From: Ministeria vibrans ATCC 50519
Taxonomy: Eukaryota; Protista; Filasterea
Reading direction: 5' to 3'
DNA length: 64,000 nucleotides
Assembly: GCA_943704425.1 (NCBI GenBank)
Contig: CALSCP010000572.1
Location: 25,753 to 89,752 of the forward strand
In this document: piece after piece, positions 1 to 12,000 of the stretch
How the letters are laid out: the number at the start of each line of letters is the position of its first letter
Numbering within the stretch: position 1 is the stretch's first letter
The notes under the pieces: generated by a model
Told to the model about the DNA's origin: nothing
Databases searched by the model: none
The model's input: only the letters and a program-made list of their open reading frames with translations
Translations under genes and position numbers: made by a program

Positions 1-3000
1 GCACTCGAGAATGCTTGGCAGTCGCGTCAGACGCGTCTCGAACAGTCGCACGCACTGCAACTCTTCCTGGCAGGTGTCAACGAGGTGCAGTCGTGGATCA
101 CCAGTGCGCGTGTAGCTGTCTCGGTCGAGGACGTTGGCGGCTCGATCGACGCCGTGACAGCCAACCTGAAGAAGCACAGCAATTTCGAAAAGGAGATGCA
201 CACGCAACATGAGAAGTTTGATTCGCTGGGTGCCGACAAGGATTCACTCGCGAGCAGCAGCAATGTTGACGCTGAGGAAGGTGCGGCGCGCTACGAGGTG
301 GTCAATGCCGAGTGGGACACGCTCAAGGCAGCGGCCGCCGAGCGACTGGCGCGTCTCGAGGCCGCCATGCGTTTCCATGAGTTTTCGCGTGATGCCGACG
401 AGGCACGGGCGCTTATCAAAGAGAAAATGCAAAGGGCGACTGACGAGTGCTACCGCGACCCGACCAACCTGTTGACGAAGAATCAGCAGCAAGAGGCGTT
501 TGAGGCGGAACTCGACTCGAACCGCGACACAATTGACAAGTTGCGCTCTAACGCTGACGAGCTAGTCGCCCAGAACAACGCTGCAGCGGCCACCATTACC
601 AGTACCATTGAGGACGTGACGTCGCGCTGGACAGACTTGCGTGCCAAGTCGGCGGACAAGTCGGCGAAGCTCAAAGAGGCGGCCAAACAACAGTTGTTTG
701 TGCGCAAGGTCGAGGAACTCTCTGCCTGGATGGACCCTGTGCGTCAGGCGGTGTCATCTGAGGATTACGGCCGCGACCTCTCGTCCACTCAGAATCTTCT
801 CAAGATTCACGGTCTCACACAAGCGGATGTGGCGGCGCACGTCGGTGACTTTGATGAGATCAAGGAGACTGCACAGCGGTTTGTAGACGAGAAGCACTTT
901 GCCGCTGAGAGCATCCAAAAGCGCGCCACGGTTGCTGTCGATGCCTATGCCAAGGTGGTCGAGGCGACGGCCCAGCGCCATGGGCATCTCGAGCACAGCA
1001 AGCAGTTCCACGAGGTGATGGTAGCCGCCGACAGTATCGACACATGGACTCATGACAAGCAGACGCTCGCAACGGCTGACGACGACGACAGCGAACTCGA
1101 ATCGGTCGAGTTGCTCCTCAAAAAATTTAACAACTTTTCAAACGATCTGCTGGCGAATCGTCAGCGCATGGACAATGCGCTGGCGCTCGCCGACAAGCGC
1201 ATTAGCGAGTCTCACCCGCGCGCCATTGAGATTGGCGAGCGTCGTGCCAAGGTGCAGAGTGCGTGGGAATCGCTGGAGTCGACCATCAAGGCACGGCTGG
1301 TGGCGCTCGAGGAGAAGCGCAAGGCGCTCGCGTTTGTCAAGGACACGGACGCGGCACAGCGACGCATTGGCCACAAGACGGACGAAGCTTCTATCGAAGA
1401 CCTCGGCTCGTCGGTAGAGTCCACCGAAGCACTCAGCAAACAACATTTTGTGGTGGAACGCGACGTGGCCGCCATCGAGGAGAAAGTCAAGACGCTGATG
1501 GGCACGGCCAAATCTCTCGCCGTCGAGTGTCCTAATCACGATTCACTCGTGCGTGACTCAATGAGCGGCGTTGAAACCAACCTGGCGGCTCTCAAGAACA
1601 CGTCTGCGGCGCGTCGTACTCGTCTTGACAGTGCTATTGAACTGCAGCAATTTCTTCGCGATCAACGCAACACACTGGACACGGTGCAAGACACCCAGAC
1701 GCTCGTGTCGTCCGAGGAGCTTGCCGAGGACTTGTCTTCGGCGGAGGCAATGCTTGAGAAGCACAGCGAGCACAAGTCGACGATGGATGCTGTGTCGGTG
1801 AGTGTCAAGGACGTTGTGGCGCAAGGGCAGGCGTTGATTGCGGCGGAGCACTTTGCGCGCGATCGCATTGACGAGGGCATCGAGGAGCTTGCCGACGGCG
1901 AGAAGCAGATGCAGCAGTTGTGGCAGGATCGCCAGCGGGTGTTGGAGCAGTGTCGCGAGTTGCACACGTTCCAGCGCGATGGGCTTGCACTGGAAAACTG
2001 GATGGGGAGTGCGGAGACGTTCCTGTCGAATGCGGATGTAGGCGAGTCGTATGCGGGCGTGGAGTTGCTGATGAAGAAATACGACGAGTTTGTGAAGACG
2101 ATGCCTGTGCACGAGGGGAAGCTGCAGGGTGTGGAGGAGCATGGGGCGCGTCTGGTGTCGTGTGAGGGCGGCCACTATGCAAGTGAGCGGATCACGGAGC
2201 GACAGAGTGCGTTGCGTGGGCAGTGGCGTGCGCTGGAGCAGCTAAGCGAGTCGCGACGACAGCGTCTGGTGGACTCGATGCAGTTGCAGGCGTTCTTCCG
2301 GGATGCGACGGAGGCGGACGTGTGGGTGGCGGAGAAGATGAAGACGGCGACGGACGAGTCGTTCCGTGATCCCACCAATCTGGTTGTGAAGGTGAAGCAG
2401 CACGAGGCCTTTGAAGCGGAGGTGTCGGCGAACAAGTCGCGCATTGACAACGTGAGCAAGGGTGGACAGGCGTTGGTGGATGTGGAGCACTATGCGACGG
2501 AGGAGGTACAGCAGCGCATGTCGCAAGTCGAAGCCAACTACGCGGAACTCGTGGAGGCGAGCAAGGTGAAGACGCAAATGTTGCGGGAAGCGACTGAAGC
2601 ACAACAATTCTACCGCGATGTGGCGGACGTGTTGTCATGGACAAAGGAAGTGATGGTTCCGTTGACGACGGGTGAGTTTGGCAGTGATCTGACGGCGACG
2701 CAAGACATGCTGAAGAAGCAACAGGTGGCCGAGGTTGACATTGCCGCTCACAACGAGCCGGTCGCTGCGTTGTGTTCGCAAGGGGCAGCGTACGAGGATG
2801 CAGGCAACTTTGACCAAGTGTCGATTGAGGCGAAGCGCGAAGAGCTTGAGGAAGCTGTGATGGCTGTGAAGCGAGCTGCAGCAAACCGTCGTACGGGTCT
2901 TGAGAATGCAGAGAAGTTGCACCAGTTCAATCGTGAGGCGGCGGAAGTGGAGTCGTACCTGTCGGAGAAGGCTGCAATCGCACAGGCGGATGCAGACACC

Positions 3001-6000
3001 CAGGGCATTGGCAAGGTGGAGATGCTGCAGAAGAAGTTTGACGACTTTCAAAACGACCTGGGCGCCAACGAGGACCGCGTGCAGGCGGTGGTGGCATTGG
3101 CACATCGTCGCGGCAACGAGGGACATCCCGAGAGCGACGCCATGAAGAACCGGGCGGACGCGATTGTGAGCACGTTTGAAGAGCTGAAGGGGCTGGCTTT
3201 GACGAAGAAGGGATCGCTTTCCGACGACCGTGAGGTTCAGGTGTTTGACCGCGACGCGGACGACACCATCGCGCGCATCCAGGAGAAGCTGACGGCCGTG
3301 TCGAGTGATGACTATGGCACGGACATTGAAAGTGTGGCTGCGTTGCAGCGGAAGCACGACGACGACGAACGTGAGATTGACGCGGTGGCCGAAAAGGTGC
3401 GTGCGCTCGGCGGTGCTGTCGACGAACTGAGTGGGAAGGAGCGGTCACCGGGAGCTGTGAAACGACGACACGACGAGACCGCATCGCAGATGGAGCAATT
3501 GCTGGCTCAGGCGGCGCAGCGCAAACGGAAGCTTGCGGATTCGATGGACTTGCAACGCTTCTTGAGCGACGCGCGAGATAATGTTGCTTGGATTGGCGAC
3601 ATGGACATGCGTGGCTCGTCGAATGAGCTACCAGTGGATCTCTCGGCGGCCGAAGCCGCCTTGGTCGCGCACAAGGAGTACCGTGGCGATATTGATGCTG
3701 GCAAAGGAGTGGTCGACACGACGTGCGCCACTGGTCAGAAGCTCATCGATGCCGACCACTACGCTGCAGAGCAGATTGAGGCGACTATGGACGAGCTTCA
3801 GTCGAAGATGACACACGTCAATGATCAGTGGCACCAGCGCAACGCTCAGCTGACGCAATGCCGCGACCTGCACGCATTTAACCGAGAGATTGATCTTATT
3901 GGCGATTGGACTGCCAAGGCGGCGGTGTTCTTCAACAACGCCGATTTGGGGGACTCCATTACGGCCGTGGATAATCTCATCAAGAAGTACGACGAGTTTG
4001 TGAGCAAGATGCCTGCGCAAGATGTCAAGGTGAAGGCGCTGGAGGAGCACGCGGAGACACTAGTGGACGCGGGCCATTACGACAGTGAGGGTATCACTGA
4101 AACGGTGGACAAGACGCTGGAAGACTGGGCGGCGTTGAAGGAGACGGCCAAGACGCGACAAGCGCAGCTGACGGACTCTCTGAAGCTGCAGCAGTTTTAC
4201 CGACAGGCGGCCGAGGCGGACGCGTGGGTGGCGGAGAAGATGAAGCCGGCGACGGACGAGTCGTTCCGCGACCCAACGAATCTGGCGGTGAAGGTGCAGA
4301 AGCACGATGTGTTCAATGCAGAGGTTGGTGCGAATCGATCGCGCATTGATGGCGTGAAAAGCACAGGCCAGGCATTGGTGAACGCCGAGCACTATGCGAG
4401 CGACGACGTGTCGGCGCGCATGGACCAGGTGGCGCTGAACTACGAGATGCTTGTGGGAGAGAGCGACAAAAAGAGCCAGGGACTGCGGGAGGCGACGGAG
4501 GCGCAGCAGTTCTTCCGCGATGTGGCGGATGTTGAGTCGTGGGCCAAGGAGGTGATGGTGCCGCTGTCGGTGGACGACTTTGGCAGTGATCTGACGGCGA
4601 CGCAAGACATGCTGAAGAAGCAGCAAGTGGCGGAGGCGGACATTGTGGCGCACAGCGAGCCTGTGGCTGCGCTGAGTGGACAGGGTGCCGGGTATGTGAG
4701 TGGGGGCAACTTTGACAAGGAGACGATAGAGGAGAAGCGCAAGGGGCTGGAGAAGACGTATGGAGCGGTGAAGCAGGCGGCGGCGGAGCGTCGGGAGGCG
4801 CTGGAGAACGCGGAGAAGCTGCACCAGTTTAATCGGGAGGCGGGCGAGGTGGAGTCGTGGATTGCGGAGAAGGAGGCGATTGCGACCGCGGCGGCGGACA
4901 CGTCGGACATCGAGAAGGTGGAGGCGCTGCAGAAGAAGTTTGACAGCCTGCAGAATGACCTGGGTGCGAATGAGGATCGCGTGAAGGCTGTGGTGGCGCT
5001 TGCCGAGGAGCGTGTGAGCGAGGGTCACCCGCATAGCGATGCGATGGTACAACGTGCAGGTGCATTGGAGGGTCATTTTGAGAAGCTGAAGGAGGCCGCC
5101 AACGATAAGCGATCGCAGTTTGCCGACTGTCGTGATGTACTCTTGCTTGAGCGTGACGCCGACGAAACTGTGCAGCGCATTGGCGACAAGATGTTGACCA
5201 TGGAATCGGGCGAGTACGGCACGGACGTGGACAGCGTGGAAGCGTTGCGTCGCAAACACGACGACGACGAGCGTGATGTCGCTGCCATTCGTGAGAAAGT
5301 CAGCAAGTTGGAAGAGTCAGCACAGACTCTCGCTGCTGCCAAGCCTGACTTTGCAGACTCAATCAATGCGCAGCACGACGATGCTGCGGCGGCTCTGGCC
5401 AAGTTGCAGGCAGCGTCGGCGGCGCGTCGCAAGCGTCTTGATGACACCCTTGCGTCCGAGCGCTGGTTCCGTGACCAGCGTCACACGATGGGCACGGTGC
5501 AAGATACCCAGACGCTCGTGTCGTCCGAGGAGCTTGCCGAGGACTTGTCTTCGGCGGAGGCAATGCTTGAGAAGCACAGCGAGCACAAGTCGACGATGGA
5601 TGCTGTGTCGGTGAGTGTCAAGGACGTTGTGGCGCAAGGGCAGGCGTTGATTGCGGCGGAGCACTTTGCGCGCGATCGCATTGACGAGGGCATCGAGGAG
5701 CTTGTCGACGGCGAGAAGCAGATGCAGCAGTTGTGGCAGGATCGCCAGCGGGTGTTGGAGCAGTGTCGCGAGTTGCACACGTTCCAGCGCGATGGGCTTG
5801 CACTGGAAAACTGGATGGGGAGTGCGGAGACGTTCCTGTCGAATGCGGATGTAGGCGAGTCGTATGCGGGCGTGGAGTTGCTGATGAAGAAGTACGACGA
5901 GTTTGTGAAGACGATGCCTGTGCACGAGGGGAAGCTGCAGGGTGTGGAGGAGCATGGGGCGCGTCTGGTGTCGTGTGAGGGCGGCCACTATGCAAGTGAG

Positions 6001-9000
6001 CGGATCACGGAGCGACAGAGTGCGTTGCGTGGGCAGTGGCGTGCGCTGGAGCAGCTAAGCGAGTCGCGACGACAGCGTCTGGTGGACTCGATGCAGTTGC
6101 AGGCGTTCTTCCGGGATGCGACGGAGGCGGACGTGTGGGTGGCGGAGAAGATGAAGACGGCGACGGATGAGTCGTTCCGTNNNNNNNNNGACAGCGTCTG
6201 GTGGACTCGATGCAGTTGCAGGCGTTCTTCCGGGATGCGACGGAGGCGGACGTGTGGGTGGCGGAGAAGATGAAGACGGCGACGGATGAGTCGTTCCGTG
6301 ATCCCACCAATCTGGTTGTGAAGGTGAAGCAGCACGAGGCCTTTGAAGCGGAGGTGTCGGCGAACAAGTCGCGCATTGACAACGTGAGCAAGGGTGGACA
6401 GGCGTTGGTGGATGTGGAGCACTATGCGACGGAGGAGGTACAGCAGCGCATGTCGCAAGTCGAAGCCAACTACGCGGAACTCGTGGAGGCGAGCAAGGTG
6501 AAAGCTCAAGTACTTCACGAAGCGACTGAAGCACAACAATTCTACCGCGATGTGGCGGACGTGTTGTCATGGACAAAGGAAGTGATGGTTCCGTTGACGA
6601 CGGGTGAGTTTGGCAGTGATCTGACGGCGACGCAAGACATGCTGAAGAAGCAACAGGTGGCCGAGGTTGACATTGCCGCTCACAACGAGCCAGTCGCTGC
6701 GTTGTGTTCGCAAGGGGCAGCGTACGAGGATGCAGGCAACTTTGACCAAGTGTCGATTGAGGCGAAGCGCGAAGAGCTTGAGGAAGCTGTGATGGCTGTG
6801 AAGCGAGCTGCAGCAAACCGTCGTACGGGTCTTGAGAATGCAGAGAAGTTGCACCAGTTCAATCGTGAGGCGGCGGAAGTGGAGTCGTACCTGTCGGAGA
6901 AGGCTGCAATCGCACAGGCGGATGCAGACACCCAGGGCATCGACAAGGTGGAGATGCTGCAGAAGAAGTTTGACGACTTTCAAAACGACCTGGGCGCCAA
7001 CGAGGACCGCGTGCAGGCGGTGGTGGCATTGGCACATCGTCGCGGCAACGAGGGACATCCCGAGAGCGACGCCATGAAGAACCGGGCGGACGCGATTGTG
7101 AGCACGTTTGAAGAGCTGAAGGGGCTGGCTTTGACGAAGAAGGGATCGCTTTCCGACGACCGTGAGGTTCAGGTGTTTGACCGCGACGCGGACGACACCA
7201 TCGCGCGCATCCAGGAGAAGCTGACGGCCGTGTCGAGTGATGACTATGGTACGGGCATTGAAAGTGTGGCTGCGTTGCAGCGAAAGCACGAGACGGACGA
7301 GCGTGAGATTGCCGCCATTGGCGAGAAGGTCAAGGCCATGGCAGCCCAGAATGCGGCATTGGCTGTGCAAGTGCCGTCAAAAGAAGAGTCGCTGCAGTTA
7401 AAACAAGATGAAGTGAACCAGCTCATGCAGGAGCTTGAGACACAAGCGGCGCAGCGCAAGCAGACACTCGCCGATTCGATGGATTTGCAACGCTTTTTGC
7501 GTGACTTCCGCGAGCAAAAATCGTGGTGTGCCGACATGACGGTGCGTGGCTCATCGAAGGAGCTGCCAGCGGATTTGACAGTGGCCGAGCGCGCTCTGCT
7601 GACGCACGGCGAGTTCAAGGGCGATGTTACTGCTGGCATTGCCAAGGTGGACTCAGTCATTGTCACGGGTGAAGGTCTGGTCCGTGCCGACCACTATGCT
7701 GCAGACGAGATCCAGCCGTGTATTGACGTGCTTCAGAGCGAACGCCAGGCTTTGTTGGATTTGTGGGACCAGCGCAACGCTCAGCTGACGCAATGCCGCG
7801 ACCTGCACGCATTTAACCGAGAGATTGATCTTATTGGCGATTGGACTGCCAAGGCGGCGGTGTTCTTCAACAACGCCGATTTGGGGGACTCCATTACGGC
7901 CGTGGATAATCTCATCAAGAAGTACGACGAGTTTGTGAGCAAGATGCCTGCGCAAGATGTCAAGGTGAAGGCGCTGGAGGAGCACGCGGAGACACTAGTG
8001 GACGCGGGCCATTACGACAGTGAGGGTATCACTGAAACGGTGGACAAGACGCTGGAAGACTGGGCGGCGTTGAAGGAGACGGCCAAGACGCGACAAGCGC
8101 AGCTGACGGACTCACTGAAGCTGCAGCAGTTTTACCGACAGGCGGCCGAGGCGGACGCGTGGGTGGCGGAGAAGATGAAGCCGGCGACGGACGAGTCGTT
8201 CCGCGACCCAACGAATCTGGCGGTGAAGGTGCAGAAGCACGATGTGTTCAATGCAGAGGTTGGTGCGAATCGATCGCGCATTGATGGCGTGAAAAGCACA
8301 GGCCAGGCATTGGTGAACGCCGAGCACTATGCGAGCGACGATGTGTCGGCGCGCATGGACCAGGTAGCGCTGAACTACGAGATGCTTGTGGGAGAGAGCG
8401 ACAAAAAGAGCCAGGGACTGCGGGAGGCGACGGAGGCGCAGCAGTTCTTCCGCGATGTGGCGGATGTTGAGTCGTGGGCCAAGGAGGTGATGGTGCCGCT
8501 GTCGGTGGACGACTTTGGCAGTGATCTGACGGCGACGCAAGACATGCTGAAGAAGCAGCAAGTGGCGGAGGCGGACATTGTGGCGCACAGCGAGCCTGTG
8601 GCTGCGCTGAGTGGACAGGGTGCCGGGTATGTGAGTGGGGGCAACTTTGACAAGGAGACGATTGAGGAGAAGCGCAAGGGGCTGGAGAAGACGTATGGAG
8701 CGGTGAAGCAGGCGGCGGCGGAGCGTCGGAAGGCGCTGGAGAACGCGGAGAAGCTGCACCAGTTTAATCGGGAGGCGGGCGAGGTGGAGTCGTGGATTGC
8801 GGAGAAGGAGGCGATTGCGACCGCGGCGGCGGACACGTCGGACATCGAGAAGGTGGAGGCGCTGCAGAAGAAGTTTGACAGCCTGCAGAATGACCTGGGT
8901 GCGAATGAGGATCGCGTGAAGGCTGTGGTGGCGCTTGCCGAGGAGCGTGTGAGTGAGGGTCACCCGCATAGCGATGCGATGGTACAACGTGCAGGTGCAT

Positions 9001-12000
9001 TGGAGGGTCATTTTGAGAAGCTCAAGGAGACCGCCAACGATAAGCGATCGCAGTTTGCCGACTGTCGTGATGTACTCTTGCTTGAGCGTGACGCCGACGA
9101 AACTGTGCAGCGCATTGGCGACAAGATGTTGACCATGGAATCGGGCGAGTACGGCACGGACGTGGACAGCGTGGAAGCGTTGCGTCGCAAACACGATGAC
9201 GACGAGCGTGATGTCGCTGCCATTCGTGAGAAAGTCAGCAAGTTGGAAGAGTCAGCACAGACTCTCGCTGCTGCCAAGCCTGACTTTGCAGACTCAATCA
9301 ATGCGCAGCACGACGATGCTGCGGCGGCGCTGGCCAAGTTGCAGGCAGCGTCGGCGGCGCGTCGCAAGCGTCTTGATGACACCCTTGCGTCCGAGCGCTG
9401 GTTCCGTGACCAGCGTCACACGATGGGCACGGTGCAAGATACCCAGACGCTCGTGTCGTCCGAGGAGCTTGCCGAGGACTTGTCTTCGGCGGAGGCGATG
9501 CTTGAGAAGCACAGCGAGCACAAGTCGACGATGGATGCTGTGTCGGTGAGTGTCAAGGACGTTGTGGCGCAAGGGCAGGCGTTGATTGCGGCGGAGCACT
9601 TTGCGCGCGATCGCATTGACGAGGGCATCGAGGAGCTTGTCGACGGCGAGAAGCAGATGCAGCAGTTGTGGCAGGATCGCCAGCGGGTGTTGGAGCAGTG
9701 TCGCGAGTTGCACACGTTCCAGCGCGATGGGCTTGCACTGGAAAACTGGATGGGGAGTGCGGAGACGTTCCTGTCGAATGCGGATGTAGGCGAGTCGTAT
9801 GCGGGCGTGGAGTTGCTGATGAAGAAGTACGACGAGTTTGTGAAGACGATGCCTGTGCACGAGGGGAAGCTGCAGGGTGTGGAGGAGCATGGGGCGCGTC
9901 TGGTGTCGTGTGAGGGCGGCCACTATGCAAGTGAGCGGATCACGGAGCGACAGAGTGCGTTGCGTGGGCAGTGGCGTGCGCTGGAGCAGCTAAGCGAGTC
10001 GCGACGACAGCGTCTGGTGGACTCGATGCAGTTGCAGGCGTTCTTCCGGGATGCGACGGAGGCGGACGTGTGGGTGGCGGAGAAGATGAAGACGGCGACG
10101 GACGAGTCGTTCCGCGACCCGAAGAACCTCGAGGCAAAGATGAGTGACCACGATGTGTTTGAAGCGGAGGTGGCGGCACACAAAAGCAGCGTGGAGAAAC
10201 TCGAGATGGCGGCGTCAGAAATCAAGGGTGACATTGTCGATTCGGCGGAGCGCGTGGATCCGCGTGTCAGTGCGACGCAAGCGGCGTACGCGTCGCTTGT
10301 GGAGGCGACTGACGTGCGTACCGAGCGCTTCAAGGACGCCAAGGCAGAGGCTGACCTGAAACGCAACGTTGAGGAGAGTCTGGTGTGGATTCAGCAAACG
10401 TCGTCGTTGCTGGCGGCCGCTGCGACCGGCAAAGATCTTGCGAGTGTGCAGAGTCAGCTGTCGGATCATGGGCTGTTTGAGGCGGATGTGTCGGCGCGTG
10501 GACAGGAAGTACAGGCACTGAGCGAGACGGCTTCGGCGCTCGTTAACAATGGTCACTTTAACGCTGACAGTATTGCGGCTGCGTCGGCGAGACTTGGCGA
10601 GGAGTTTGCGGCGCTCGAGACAAAGTGTGCGGCGCATCGCGTGCACTTGACGGAGCGCGAACGTCTGTACTCATTCCTTATTGAGGCGGACGAAGTGGAT
10701 GCGTGGGTGAGCGATCGCGAGACGGCACTGGCGGGTCTCGAGACGACCGCCAAGGACGTCGATGATCTGGAGCTGTTGCGCACTAAGCACAACGACTTTG
10801 CCAAGGACTTTAATGCGAATCAAGATCGCGTCGACTCGATTACCAAGCAGGCGCTTGAATTTGTCGAGGCGGCACATCCGGACGCTGATGAGGCGGTGGA
10901 GCGTCAAGATGCGGTGGTGCAACACGCATCGAAGTTGCGCGAGCATATGTTCCGTCGTCGACAAGAGGTGGACGACGCCAACGAAATGCTGTCGTACCTG
11001 GCGGACGCCAACGAAGCGCACGGCCGTATTCGGGAGAAGGCCGGGGCGGTTGCTGTTGAGGATTTGGGCAAGGACATGAGTGGCGTGCAGATGCTGCAGC
11101 GTCGTCATGAGGTGGTCGAACGCGATTGCATCCCTATTGAATTCAAGCTGGATGTGATTGGCAAGGAGGCGGATCGACTGGCGGCTGCCTATCCCGAGCA
11201 GAAATCGGTGGTCGAGGCGAAGCGAGACGAGCTCACACGTGAGTGGGCCGAGCTTCAGACGCGTGTGACGTTGCGAGCGACCCGTCTTAACGACTCGCAG
11301 TCTCTTCAAATGTTGCTTAACGACTGTCGCGATGTGCAGCTGGTGCTTGAACAGCAGCAGCAGAGTCTCGCGGCGCAAATAGGCGAGCGTGCAAGCGACT
11401 TGTCGACGGCGCAGAGCCAGGTGTTGCGTCACGATGGCTTCAAGGGCGACATGGAGGCGGGGCGCATTCAGATGGAGAGTGTGCAGGCGGCGGGCGATAA
11501 GCTCATTGGCGAGGGGCACTTTGCCAGCGACACCATTCGCGAGGCACTCGATGGACTTGTGGCGGCGCGCGCCAAGGCGGACGAACAGTGGATGGCGCGC
11601 AAGAGCGAGCTGGACGACGCACTGCGCGTGCAAGAGTACCTGCGCGACGTGGACGCGCTGGACACGTATGCGGTGCGTACGCTGGGCCAGGTGGAGAGCG
11701 GTCGCTCGGCTTCAGTTGAAACCCTCTTTGACGTGAAGGCACTAGTGGAGCAACTTGACGAGCTTGAGAAGGGGGTGGGCGGCCAGGGACAGCGGTACGA
11801 GACGATTGTGGCGCGCGCGGGCGAGGTGGGAGAGCTCACGGGCAGTGACGCGGCCGGCGTTGCCGAGAGCACCGTGACGCTACAAGAGCACTGGATCGCG
11901 TTGCAAGCGGCACTTGCGGAGCGACGCGCCGAACTTGCCGCGGCACAAAAGCTTCAGGAGGTGCTGCAAGACGAGAGCGAGTTTATTGCGTGGCTGCAGG

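Noticed and set aside
6181-6201. Frameshift or two separate spectrin genes
   Set aside because: The break coincides with an N-gap whose right flank duplicates 6071-6180; it is an assembly artefact.
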